From assembly GCA_026770705.1 (NCBI GenBank), contig JANJGN010000121.1, positions 930,001 to 994,000 of the forward strand: DNA of 64,000 bases. Direction: 5' to 3'. The translations under genes and the position numbers were made by a program. This DNA comes from Isurus oxyrinchus. Lineage: Eukaryota. This document shows, piece by piece, positions 1 to 12,244 of the stretch. Positions within the stretch are counted from its first letter, which is position 1. Each line of letters begins with the position of its first letter. The notes beneath the pieces were generated by a model that saw nothing but the letters and a program-made list of their open reading frames with translations, was not told the origin of the DNA and made no database searches.

Positions 1-657
1 GTCATACACGTACAAACACATACACAGGAAAATACACACCCATCTCAAACACACACACATATTCATGCCCACACAAAGACACACACATACACGTACTCTC
101 ACTCATGGACAGACATAGACACACAGACACGCATGCATGCGCACACACAGATACATGTGTGCATACACACACAAGCACACTCACTTGTGCAGAAACACAA
201 ACACAAACACACACATACACACATGTGAGTTCCGTGTCCTCTCTCAGTGCTGCACTGGAGTCTCAGTGTCATCTCCGAATCTGTGTTGAAAGAAGGTAAA
301 CTCCAAATCAATAAGACCCTGAATTGGATGAGCAACCTCCTGAACAGAGAAATGTAGATTTAAACCTCAGTACTCCATCGATCAAATACAATTCATTGCC
401 TGTCCAGCCCTTTGCGAAATCCTGAGGATGTGAAAGCAAGCTTCTTTCATTCTAGATGGACAACACCTCTACTGGTGGGAGAATGCAACTGCAGTGTGAC
501 AGTTTACATCGGCAGTGTCAATTATAAATGTGCCATAAGACCTCATCGTGAGGGAAGTTACCTGGAAATGCATTCAGACATCAGATACAGAGAGATGATG
601 CATGAAGTCTTGCTGTGCACTATATTTGCTCACATTAAAATCTTTCTATGTTTTTAG

Positions 658-939
658 ATGCACCACGGAATCTCTCAATTACTTCTCTTGGTATGATTAA
701 CTCTTCATCGATCAACATAATTGAGGGGAATTCTGCAGTGATAATCTGCTCTGTCGAGAGCTTCCCAGCTTCTAACCTGACGTGGCGACATCTTAATGTC
801 CCAATGAACAGAACAAGTTCCAACAATGAGCTGTGGTTGGTGATTCCTCACGTTACATCCAGGGACACTGGAGACTATCAGTGTGTGGCAGAGAATGAAC
901 ATGGAGCAGTGGAGGGGTTCATAACCATCACTGTGGAAT
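658..939 (+). CDS. Gene A (Siglec-like): Ig C2-set exon, 282-bp type, copy 1
   Basis: tttttag|AT...GTGGAAT|gtgagt; 282 bp, phase 1-1. Encodes YAPRNLSI...IICSVESFPASNLTW...DTGDYQCVAENEHG...ITITVE, with Ig Cys, Trp and DxGxYxC motif. Confidence 0.9.
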
Positions 940-1715
940 GTGAGTTACTGCAAACTTCAACATCACTCTCACACAGACACACACACACACACACAAAAAC
1001 ACAACATGCACTCGTGTAGACACATACATGCACATTTACACACACAAACATACGCATGCAAAAATATACACAGAAACATACACACACTCAACTCACACAC
1101 ACACACTCACACATGCACACACATACACATACACATGTACACACATTCACTCATGCACAGAAATATACACAAAAACACACTCACATATGCGCAAACACAT
1201 ACATGCACACACAGACACATGCATGCATACTCACACAAACATACTCACATATGTACAAACACAAACACATACACATAAACACGCGTGAGGTCCCTCTTCT
1301 CTCTCAGGGCCGCACTGGAGTCTCGGTGTCAGCTCTGATTCTGTGTTGAAGGAAGGTAAACTCCAGATCAACAAGACCCTGAATTGGATGAGCAACCTCC
1401 TGAACAGAGAATGGTAGATTTACCCCTCAGTGCTCCATCAATCAAATACAATTCAATGGCTTTCAATCCCTTGGGGGCATCTTGAGAGTGTTAAACGATG
1501 TTTCTTTCATTCTAGATGGACAGCAACTCTACTGGTGGGAGAATGCAACTGCAGTGTGACAGTTTACATAGGAAATGCCCATTATAAATGTGACAGTAAT
1601 TTTTCATGAGGGAAGGTACCTGGAAAGGCATTCCAACATCAGATACAGAGAGATGATGCATGGAGTCTTGCTGCGCACTATGCTTGCTCACATTAAAATC
1701 TTTATTTATTTTTAG

Positions 1716-1997
1716 ACACACCACGGAATCTCTTAATTACTTCTCTGGATATGATTAACGTTTCATCGATCAATATAATTGAGGGGAATTCTGCAGTGAT
1801 AATCTGCTCTGTCGAGAGCTTCCCAGCTTCTAACCTGACGTGGCGACATCTTAATGTCCAAATGAACAGAACAAGTTCCAACAATGAGCTGTGGTTGGTG
1901 ATTCCTCACGTTACATCCAGGGACACTGGAGACTATCAGTGTGTGGCAGAGAATGAACATGGAGCAGTGGAGGGGTTCATAACCATCACTGTGGAAT
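1716..1997 (+). CDS. Gene A: Ig C2-set exon copy 2
   Basis: tttag|AC...GAAT|gtgagt; 282 bp, open, near-identical to copy 1. Confidence 0.9.
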
Positions 1998-2488
1998 GTG
2001 AGTGTACACAGAATTCAACATCTCTCTCAGATTTGAACACATATACACAAATGCACACCCACACGCACACACAAGCACTCACTGCACTGGAGTCTCGGTA
2101 TCAGCTCCAATTCTGGATGGAACGAAGGTAAACTACAGATCAACAAGTCCCTGAATTGGATGAGCAACCTTCTGAACAGAGAATTGTATATTTACCCCTC
2201 AGTGCTCCATTGATCAAATACAATCATTGCCTGTCAAGCCCTTGGGGACATCCTGAGGATGTGAAAGCAAATTCCTTTCATTCTAGGTGGACAGCACCTC
2301 TACTGGTGGGAGAATGTAACTGCAGTTTGACTGTTTACATAGGCAGTGCCCATTATAAATTTGACAGTGGAAGTTATATGGAGTGGAGGGACCTGGCTAT
2401 GCATACAGACATCAGATACAGAGAGATAATGCATGGAGTCTTGCTGTAAACTGTGCTTGCTCACATTAAACACTTGATTTGTTCTTAG

Positions 2489-2770
2489 ATGCTCCACAGA
2501 ATCTCTCATTTACTTCTCTTGATATGATTAACGCTTCATCGATCAATATAATTGAGGGGAATTCTACAATGATAATCTGCTCTGTCGAGAGCTTCCCAGC
2601 TTCTAACCTGACGTGGCGACATCTTAATGTCCCAATGAACAGAACAGGTTCCAACAATGAGCTGTGGTTGGTGATTCCTCACGTTACATCCAGGGACACT
2701 GGAGACTATCAGTGTGTGGCAGAGAATGAACATGGAGCAGTGGAGGGGTTCATAACCATCACTGTGGAAT
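2489..2770 (+). CDS. Gene A: Ig C2-set exon copy 3
   Basis: cttag|AT...GAAT|gtgagt; 282 bp, open. Confidence 0.9.
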
Positions 2771-3587
2771 GTGAGTGTGGAGATACATTTGTTTGTTTGT
2801 TGTCTCCGTGGTCTCCGTGGAGCCATTGGGATCGTGTTGTTTTTAATCCAGTTTTCTTCAATCCTCGCTCAGTCCACGTTATCCACACATCCAATTTTTC
2901 CTCTCCCTTTCTGTTTTTGCTCTCAGTTTCTCCTTCAATGGTTGTGAGGACAAGGCTGTCAGGTCTTCGTTTCCAATCTCCGTACTTGATGACCTTTCTC
3001 TCTCTAACTGTCCTGAACAACCCTTTTAATTGCTGAACTTCTCATTCTTTAATTGATAAATATTATATATAAATGTTACATGGATTACTTTGAAATGCAA
3101 TACCTGTATTCACAAATTGCTTAGAAATTACTAAACATTCAACAGCCAATGAAGCATTATCGAAGTGAGCACACTTTTGTAATGTAGGAAACACAGGTAC
3201 TGATTTGTGCACAGCAAGATCCCGCAAACCACCGTGTGATAATGACCTGATAGTTGATTATTTCAGTGAGGTTGGTTGTTACATGTGTAGAGACTACATA
3301 CCCTTTAGGGAGGGAAGCATGTCTCGATGTGGATGTGACTCCAGTCTCAGACACCAACATGGTTAACTCTTACCTGCCCTCTGAACTGGTCTCCCAGTTT
3401 GGGACAAACCAGTGGTTCAGGAGGAAGACCCCCCACCACCTTCTCAAGGGGAAACTAGGGATGGACAATAAATGTCAGCATTGCCCGAGAATGAGTATTT
3501 AAACACTGAGTGAGTGTATCGCTTCTCGAGATACATCGGAGCATCATTGTAAACCTGTAGTGCAGTAATTAATGGTTGTTTTTACAG

Positions 3588-3683
3588 GTAGAGACTCCAG
3601 TAAATGGACAGTAGGATTGTTCACGGCTGGGATCATGTTGAGTGTTTTCCTGGCTGGAATCTTCATCTTCATCTGTTGAGAAA
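3588..3683 (+). CDS. Gene A: transmembrane exon with premature TGA (3677-3679)
   Basis: tttacag|GT...GAAA|gtaagt. Reads CRDSSKWTVGLFTAGIMLSVFLAGIFIFIC*. It is 96 bp against 97 bp for the gene D paralog (TGT TGA GAA A vs TGT GTG AGA AA). Confidence 0.8.
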
Positions 3684-3716
3684 GTAAGTCTGAGGATTTA
3701 ACTTGATTTTAATATA

Positions 3717-4035
3717 AACATTTGCTTCAATGTTCTTTCCTGAAGTCGGTGATTGTTTCCCTTGGGATCAGCACCAGGTCCCTCTCTGTAAGTGATCCCT
3801 GTGTCCACTCTGATCCGGAGAGAACCTTTCATTGTCCTGTATCCAGGTAAACGATCACGAGACCCAGAGATTCCTCACTCTGCACGATTACTCCTGGATT
3901 GATATTTGCTTCAATGTTCTATCCTGAAGTCGGTGATTGTTTCCCTTGTGTTAAGCGCCAGATGCCTCTCCGTAACTGGTCTCTTTTGTCCCTTACGATC
4001 CAGAGAGTGTTTTTCATTGCCCGTTATCCAGATGA
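3717..4035. repeat. Local tandem duplication, about 185-bp period
   Basis: atttgcttcaatgttct..cctgaagtcggtgattgtttcccttg occurs at ~3720 and ~3905 with similar following sequence. Confidence 0.7.
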
Positions 4036-4561
4036 ATAATAATCAGTTGCTGTGATCTGGAAGGTGCTGCCTGAAAGGGCGCTGGAAGCAGATTCAATAG
4101 GAACTTTCAAAAGGGTAAATGAATAAATACTTGAAGGGGGAACATTTGAAGGGCTATGGGGGGAAGTGCAGGGGTGGAGGGCGGGTCAAAGATATGGCGT
4201 GTTATTATAATGATATTATACCTTGGGCTTATTTACTGTACAAGAAACAAAGCACCAATCGCTCACAGGGTTTGGGTGAGAATGTTGTCGGTTTGTTTAT
4301 CAAGACTCGGCACGAGAACAGTTATACATACGGATAAAGATTGAAGGCATCAGAGCTGTGAGTGTGTGCTCTGCTCAAAGCAAAAGTGAAACTAAGGTTG
4401 GATCACATGACACACTTCCATTATAGTGATGTCACGCTGATACCCCTTATTGGAACTAGAGACAGTCCAGTCGTTGGTGTAAGGTTACAGTGGGCTCTGT
4501 GTCTGTGCTGCACTGACTCTCTGCTATATGATAACCACAGTGTGATATTGTGTTATTGCAG

Positions 4562-4643
4562 GAGAAAGACAGCGATGGAGGAGAGAGTTTCAGGGACCAG
4601 TGACATTGCATTGACCCCCAGTCCACTCTCTGTGAAGCACCAG
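4562..4643 (+). CDS. Gene A: cytoplasmic exon 1
   Basis: ttattgcag|G AGA AAG...CAC CAG|gtacag; 82 bp, phase 2-0; RKTAMEERVSGTSDIALTPSPLSVKHQ. Conserved paralog at 61830-61911. Confidence 0.8.
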
Positions 4644-4862
4644 GTACAGGAGCTGTTTACACACACTCCAAAGCTTCAACCTCAGTGTGTACACAACACA
4701 TATACCAGATTCTCAGCCGGGTTACACACAGATATCGCCCTGTGAAGTCAGCAATGGCTCAGTGGTCAGCACTGTCTCTCGCTCCCAGCCTCTGTCTCCC
4801 TCCATCACTCGCTCTTTGACCAGAAACCTGAACACATTAATGACAAGGCACCTGATGTCAGA

Positions 4863-7558
4863 ACTGAGGGAGTGCTACACTGTCAGAGGGTCAGTACTGA
4901 GGGAGTGCTGCAATGTCAGAGTGTCAGTACTGAGGGAGTGCTGCACTGTCGGAGGGTCAGTACTGAGGGAGTGCTGCACTGTCAGAGTGTCAGTACTGAG
5001 GGAGTGCTGCACTGTCGGAGGGTCAGTACTGAGGGTGTGTTGCACTGTCAGAGGATCAGTACTGAGGGAGTGCTGCACTGTCGGAGGGTCAGTACTGAGG
5101 GAGTGCTGCACTGTCAGAGGGTCAGTACTGAGGGAGTGCGGGACTGTCAGATGGTCATTACTGAGGGAGTGCTGCACTGTCAGTGGGTCAGTACTGAGGC
5201 AGTACTGCACTGTCGGAGGGTCAGTAGTGAGGGAGTGCTGCACTGTCGGAGGGTCAGTACTGAGGGAGTTGTGCACTGTCAGAGTGTCATTACTGAGGGA
5301 GTGCTGCACTGTCGGAGGGTCAGTACTGAGGGAGTGCTGCACTGTCGGATGATCAGTACTGAGGAAGTGCTGCACTGTCAGCGGGTCAGTACTGAGGGAG
5401 TGCTGGACTGTCAGAGAGTCAGTACTGAGGGAGTGCTGCACTGTCGGAGGGTCAGTAGTGAGGAAGTGCTGCACTGTCAGAGGGTCAGTATTCCGGGAGT
5501 GCTGCACTGTCAGAGGGTCAGTACTGAGGGAGTGCTGCACTGTCAGAGGGTCAGTACTGAGGGAGTGCTGCACTGTCAGAGGGTCAGTAATGAGGGAGTG
5601 CTGCACTGTCAGAGGGTCAGGATTGAGGGAGTGCTGCACTGTCAGAGGGTCAGTATTGAGGGAGTGCTGCACTGTCAGAGGGTCAGTACAGAGGGAGTGC
5701 TGCACTGTCGGAGGGTCGGTACTGCGGGAGTGCTGCACTGTCAGAGGGTCAGTACTGAGGAAGTGCTGCACTGTCAGAGGGTCAGTAGTGAGGGAGTGCT
5801 GCACTGTCAGAGGGTCAGTACTGAGGGAGTGCTGCACTGTCAGAGGGTCAGTAGTGAGGGAGTGCTGCACTGTCAGAGGGTCAGTGCTGAGGGAGTGCTG
5901 CACTGTCAGAGGGTCAGTACTGAGGGAGTGCTGCAATGTCAGAGTGTCAGTACTGAGGGAGTGCTGCACTGTCGGAGGGTCAGCACTGAGGGAGTGCTGC
6001 ACTGTCAGAGGGTCAGTACTGAGGGAGTGCGGGACTGTCAGATGGTCATTACTGAGGGAGTGCTGCACTGTCAGAGGGTCAGTACTGAGGGAGTACTGCA
6101 CTGTCGGAGGGTCAGTAGTGAGGGAGTGCTGCACTGTTGGAGGGTCAGTACTGAGGGAGTTGTGCACTGTCAGAGTGTCATTACTGAGGGAGTGCTGCAC
6201 TGTCGGAGGGTCAGTACTGAGGGAGTGCTGCACTGTCGGATGATCAGTACTGAGGAACTGCTGCACTGTCAGCGGGTCAGTACTGAGGGATTGCTGGACT
6301 GTCAGAGAGTCAGTACTGAGGGAGTGCTGCACTGTCGGAGGGTCAGTAGTGAGGGAGTGCTGCACTGTCAGACGGTCAGTATTTTGGGAGTGCTGCACTG
6401 TCAGAGGGTCAGTATTCCGGGAGTGCTGCACTGTCAGAGGGTCAGTAGTGAGGGTGTGCTGCACTGTCAGAGGGTCAGTATTGAGGTAGTGCTGCACTGT
6501 CAGAGGGTCAGTATTGAGGGAGTGCTGCACTGTCAGGGGGTCACTACTGAGGGAGTGCTGCACTGTCAGAGGGTCAGTACTGAGGGAGTGCTGCACTGTC
6601 AGAGGGGCAGTATTGAGGGAGTGCTGCACTGTCAGAGGGTCAGTATTGAGGGAGTGCTGCACTGTCAGAGGGTCAGTATTGAGGGAGTGCTGCACTGTCA
6701 GAGGGTCAGTACTGAGGGAGTGCTGCACTGTCGGAGGGTCAGTACTGAGGGAGTGCTGCACTGTTAGAGGGTCAGTACTGAGGGAGTGCTGCACTGTCAG
6801 AGGGTCAGTAGTGAGGGAGTGCTACACTGTCAGAGGGTCAGTGCTGAGGGAGTGCTGCACTGTCAGAGGGTCAGTACTGAGGGAGTGCTGCACTGTCAGA
6901 GAGTCAGTAGTGAGGGAGTGCTGCACTGTCAGAGGGTCAGTGCTGAGGGAGTGCTGCACTGTCAGAGGATCAGTACTGAGGGAGTGCTGCACTGTCAGAG
7001 GGTCAGTATTGAGGGAGTGCTGCACTGTCAGAGGGTCAGTACTGAGGGAGTGCTGCACTGTCAGAGGGTCAGTACTGAGGGAGTGCTGCACTGTCAGAGG
7101 GTCAGTACTGAGGGAGTGCTGCACTGTCAGAGGGTCAGTATTGAGGGAGTGCTGCACTGTCAGAGGGTCAGTATTGAGGGAGTGCTGCACTGTCAGAGGG
7201 TCAGTATTGAGGGAGTGCTGCACTGTCAGAGGGTCAGTACTGAGGGAGTGCTGCACTGTCAGAGGGTCAGTAGTGAGGGAGTGCTGCACTTTCAGAGGTT
7301 CAGTACTGAGGGAGTGCTGCACTGTCAGAGAGTCAGTACTGAGGGAGTGCTGCACTGTCAGAGGGTCAGTACTGAGGGAGTGCTGCACTGTCAGAGGGTC
7401 AGTACTGAGGGAGTGCTGCACTGTCAGAGGGTCAGTACTGAGGTAGTGCTGCACTGTCAGAGGGTCAGTATTGAGGGAGTGCTGCACTGTCAGAGGGTCA
7501 GTACTGAGGGAGTGCTGCACTGTCAGAGGGTCAGTATTGAGGGAGTGCTGCACTGTTG
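4863..7558 (+). repeat. 33-bp minisatellite (ACTGAGGGAGTGCTGCACTGTCAGAGGGTCAGT)n, about 80 copies
   Basis: Tandem repeat visible directly; explains the 11-aa repeat ORFs on both strands. Confidence 0.97.
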
Positions 7559-7740
7559 GAGTGCGATAGAGATTAAATTATTAAGAGAGAGAGAAAGCGA
7601 GAGAGAGACAGAGAAAGAGAGTGAAAAAAAGGCTTAAACCCACTGAGACACGACTGACACTAATGAGGCTGCACAATAATTTAACCCTATCAGTGCCAGT
7701 AAATGATGTGAGGATGTCTTCTGTTTCCATTTCTCTGTAG

Positions 7741-7989
7741 GGTAAACAGAACGTGCTGATTACTGAGCCCCGGAACACAACCAGAGCCACAACTAGTGAG
7801 GGGGAGACCCCAGCTCCCCGGGATCTCTCTGAAGGTCCAGTGGGAGGCGATGTTGGACATGGGAACCCTGACAAACCCGACGAGCTTTTCTACGCCAACA
7901 TCAACTTTTCAAAGCTGCCCGGCGGTGACAGGACTGTGCATAGGAGCGAGGACACGGAATACGCACAGATCAGGTTCCAGAAAAACTGA
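7741..7989 (+). CDS. Gene A: terminal cytoplasmic exon with ITIM (LFYANI) and ITSM-like TEYAQI
   Basis: ttctctgtag|GGT AAA CAG...AAC TGA; 249 bp, phase 0. The motif pair resembles CD33-related Siglec tails. Confidence 0.88.
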   Translation, partial: GKQNVLITEPRNTTRATTSEGETPAPRDLSEGPVGGDVGHGNPDKPDELFYANINFSKLPGGDRTVHRSEDTEYAQIRFQKN

Positions 7990-8174
7990 GTGTGAAACAG
8001 GGAGTGGGGCTGTGGGGTGTGTGCAGCCAACATGGCCAAATAGTAATGAACACAAATATGATGTTGCTCAACTTTTTTTTAAATCTGTTCTGAGTGAGCT
8101 TTCTGAATGCTGCACCTTTTTCCATGCTGTAAAAGATTGTGAGAAGCTTATGAATTATGTATAATTTTACATCT

Positions 8175-10250
8175 GTTAATACAAGGTGAGGTGAGAGTGA
8201 CTGCCTTTGACATCAAGGCTGCATTTGACCGAGTTTGGCATCTAGGAGCCCGAGCATAACTGGAGTCAATGGGAATCAGGGGTGGTACGAAAGTATAATA
8301 ATTTGCATAATATTTTCCTGGTTTGTTGTAAACTAGGTTTATGGGTGTGAGTGTAGATGGGTCTGTCTGTGTGTTTTAATTACACCTGGAGTCAGGTAGA
8401 CTGCAAGCTTGAGATTATCAAAAGAAGCTAGATGTAGAAATGTACTTGAAATGCTAATGAGTGAACATGGAGGCTGTGTTAACATGTAAGGTGTGAAGGG
8501 GTTGTTTAGATTTCAAAGGGATGTCGGTCTGTTTAGGACAAGCCCAATAAGCAAAGCTAAGGAGTTTTTTTTAATTTTACCCAAACTTCATTGACAATAT
8601 TGGCAACAAGAAAGTTTATATTATGGGAAAGGTACAGTTCCAAAGAATTTACACATCAAAGAGAGAGAAACATGTATAAAGGAGAATGAAAGGCTATGTT
8701 GGGGGACATGTAAGATCTAACAGGAGTGTGTGAAACAGGCTTGAAGAAGCCTCCAGGCATTTGTGCATAAGTTTGTTATGTTCAGTAAATAAAGTTGGAG
8801 AAATCCATTTAGAATTCCACTGTCAAGTGTGTGCTGTGTTAACTCGCTGGATTTGTTTTTAATCTAAAATTGTATTTTGGACTGTTGCCTTAAACAGGCT
8901 CTGTAACTGGGAGTCAGGTTAATTAGGAATTTTAGAATTTATTTTAGTTGTAACTAACCGTGGTATTATGTCTGTGCTTGAAATCTTTTATTTTGTTAAT
9001 AAATATCCTAATCAAATTTTTAAAATCTCTAAAGGTTGTTGTCAACTCATTACTCCAGAATTCAGTGCACGCATCTTGTAATAAATACAAATTGCAAACT
9101 ATTGTGATAGCATGACCAATTTTCCCTTGTGGATTTGGAGCACCAAGCACACATCATCTGCCATGTCATGTCACAGGGAAAACTCTCCACTCGTTGGATT
9201 CATACCAAGTACAAAGGAAGGTGGTTGTGGTTGTTGGAGGTCAGTCATCTCAGTTCCAGGACATCACTGCAGGAGTTGCTCAGTGTAGTGTCCTAGGCCC
9301 AACCATCTTCAGCTGCTTCAGCAATGACATTCATTCTATCAGATGGTCAGAATTATGGATGGTCACTGATGATTGCACAACGTTCAACATCATTCATGAC
9401 TCATCAGATACTGAAGCAGTCCATGTCCAAATGCAGCAAGACCTGGACAATATCCAGGCTTGGCCTGACAAGTGGCAAGTAACATTCATGCCACACAAGT
9501 GCCAGGCAATGACCATCTCCAACCAGAGAGAATATATCCATCTCCCCTTAATGTCCAATGGCATCACCATTGCTGAATCCCACACTATCAACACTCTGGG
9601 GGTTACCAATGACAAGAAACTGAACTGTACTAGCCATATAAACACTGTGACTATAAGAGCAGGCCAGAGCCTGGGAATCCTGTGGTGAGTAACTCACCTC
9701 CTGACTCCCCAAAACCTGTCCACGAACCTCAAGGCACAGGTCAGAAGTGATGGAATACTCTCCACTTTCCTAGATGTGTCCAGCTCCAACAACACTCAAG
9801 AAGCTCGACACCGTCCAGGACAAAGCAGCCCCGCTTGATTTGCGCCCCGTCCACAAACATTCTCTCCCTCTACAACTGACGCACAGTGGCAGCAGTGTGT
9901 GTACCATCTACAAGATGCAACGCAGTGAGTCACCAAGCCTCCTTAGACAGCACCTTCCAAACACATGATCACTACCATCTCGAAGGACAAGGGCAGCAGA
10001 CACATGGGAACACCACCACCTGGAAGTTCCCCTCCAAGTCACTCACCATTCTGACTTGGAAATATATCACCGTTCCTTCACTGTCGCTGGGTCAGAATCC
10101 TGCAACACCCTCCCAAACAGTTCTGTGGGTGTACATACACCACAGGGACTGCAGCAGCTCAAGAAGGCAGCTCACCCCCATATTCTCAAGGACAATTAGG
10201 GATGGGCAATAAATTCTGGCCTAGCCAGTGTCAGTGAATGAATAAAAAAA
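8175..10250 (+). mobile_element. CR1-clade LINE 3' part (degenerate RT C-terminus and tail), interrupted by a solo LTR
   Basis: GVAQCSVLGPTIF...MVTDDCT matches GVPQGSVLGP...FADD. LINE sequence gggaatcagggg|gggaaaactctcc resumes across the 8283-9175 insertion. Confidence 0.85.
8283..9175 (+). mobile_element. Putative solo LTR (TG...CA) inserted in a LINE
   Basis: Begins TG, ends CA, splits contiguous LINE sequence, contains AATAAA; related to 60938-61694. Confidence 0.6.
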
Positions 10251-10679
10251 AGAATCAATTAAAATGCCCTGACATTTCTGTACATTTTTATCAAATTAAA
10301 TACGTACTCTAGTGAATAATTCCATTCTCCAAGGCACCACTTCCTGTTGTCACATGTCCTTCTGATTATTTAAATTCCTGTGTCATTGGTAATGGAACAT
10401 TCCCATGTAAACATGTCACACTGTAATTACAGCCTCCTGCCAGTGGTGGTGCTCTAGAGTCCTAGTTTTGCTTCTCAGAGACTGGAGGAGCTGTATACTT
10501 TGTGTTTACAATATGAGTAACACTCAGGGGTGACCAGGGAGATTCTTTTGGCTAAGTTTACGATGTTGCTAAGATACAATGGCCCCGTGGGATTTTTCCT
10601 ACTGCGTTTACAAGGTTGAATTGAAGAGATTTTTGAAGTGTCTGGCACAGTTTTATTAAGATCCCCTCACACCCAATCT

Positions 10680-11195
10680 GGTGTCACTGGGTTCAGTTCT
10701 GGGTCCAGCAGCTTAGGAAGGATATATTGTCCTTGGAGGGGGTACTGTGCAGAGTCACCAAAACGATCCCGGGGCTGAAAGGGTTAAATCCCGAGGACAG
10801 GTTGCACAGACCAGGCTTGTGTTCCCTCAAGTCTCGAAGATTAAGGGGTGATCTAATCGAGGGGTTTAAGATGATTAAAGGCTTTGTTACGGGCAATAGA
10901 GAGAAACTATTTCCTCTGATGGGGTTGAGGTGAGGAGGGTTCAGAACAAGGGGGCAGAACATTAACATTGGAGCCAGGCCGTTCAGGGGGTGATGTCAGG
11001 AAGCACTTCTTCACACAAAGTGGGGGTGGAAATCTGGAACTCTCTCCCCCAGAAAAAGCTGTCGAGACTGGGAGGGGTCAATTGTAAATTTCAAAACTGA
11101 GATTGGGAGATTGTTGTTGGGTCGGGGGTTAAGGGTTACAGAACCGAGGCAGGTGGATGGGGTTAAGATACAGATCGGACGTGATCCAATCAAAT
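10680..11195 (+). mobile_element. CR1 LINE 3' fragment
   Basis: LEGVLCRVTKTIPGLKGLNPEDRL...LKSRRLRGDLIEGFKMIKG is typical of the CR1 ORF2 C-terminus. Confidence 0.85.
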
Positions 11196-11896
11196 GTTAG
11201 GACGGTGAGTCTCAGGGAGGCTGGTCCAACCCCAGACGCAGCCGTCTCTGTGACCTGCTTCAACCCTGTTGGTCAGCAATGACAACATGAGTTGATGTTA
11301 GCCTGATATGTAGTGCATGGAGGGATATTACTCTCCAGGGTGTGTGTGCATCACAGTGCTCATTCACATGTGTTCCATGTGCACCTACATCAGCTGTGTA
11401 GACATACAAGCCTCAATGCTGCATCCGCGGAATGTACCATGTCTCACACCTTAGCTGCAGCACGACCCTTCCCTTGGAGCTCTGTGTGCTCGAGACATAT
11501 TTTGTTATTTTTTCCTGCCGTCTCTGTGTCCCCCGACCCGGGAGTGAAAATCCGGCCTTAACTTCCACTTTCTAGTGTCTGAGACAAGAGGCAATGAGTG
11601 AGTGGGCTGGCGGTCAGGATTAATGCTGTTAATCTGTGTTTGAGGGGCTGTGAATTCTCGGGGGACTAGTTACTCTCTGAGCAGCAGCTTCCAAATCCTT
11701 ATTTGATGCCGTGCATATGGGGTTGGAAGATTTTTTTTAAAACCACAGGCAGTTCACAGAAACCCACAGGAAACCCACAGAGAGACAGTCACTGAGAAAG
11801 TCACTCACTCCTTGTGGTTTCACCTTTTAACCACATCCTGTCTGTGTGGCTTAAATGTTAAACACAGCGGCCAGACTCAAGGAGGTTTCACTCTGT

Positions 11897-12139
11897 NNNN
11901 NNNNNNNNNNNNNNNNNNNNNNNNNNNNNNNNNNNNNNNNNNNNNNNNNNNNNNNNNNNNNNNNNNNNNNNNNNNNNNNNNNNNNNNNNNNNNNNNNNNN
12001 NNNNNNNNNNNNNNNNNNNNNNNNNNNNNNNNNNNNNNNNNNNNNNNNNNNNNNNNNNNNNNNNNNNNNNNNNNNNNNNNNNNNNNNNNNNNNNNNNNNN
12101 NNNNNNNNNNNNNNNNNNNNNNNNNNNNNNNNNNNNNNN
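11897..12139. other. Assembly gap; others at 13037-13276, 15601-15778, 48602-48775 and 59982-60127
   Basis: Runs of N. Confidence 1.
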
Positions 12140-12244
12140 CAGACAGACACAAACACACTCACATTCACACACACACACACACATTCACTCACACACTCAC
12201 TCACACACACAAAGACAATATCCCAACGACAACAAACTGCGATT

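Noticed and set aside
940-1349. His/Thr-rich ORFs here and at 15088-15588 and 17903-18163
   Set aside because: Degenerate (CA)n/(GA)n microsatellite translations.
4863-7558. CRISPR-like regular repeats
   Set aside because: Head-to-tail units with no unique spacers, in eukaryotic DNA with no cas genes.
4687-7637. ORFs of 220-640 aa with STEGVLHCQRV / LRECCTVRGSV / TVQHSLSTDPL repeats
   Set aside because: They are translations of a 33-bp intronic minisatellite whose unit is a multiple of 3 and is open in several frames on both strands; not proteins.
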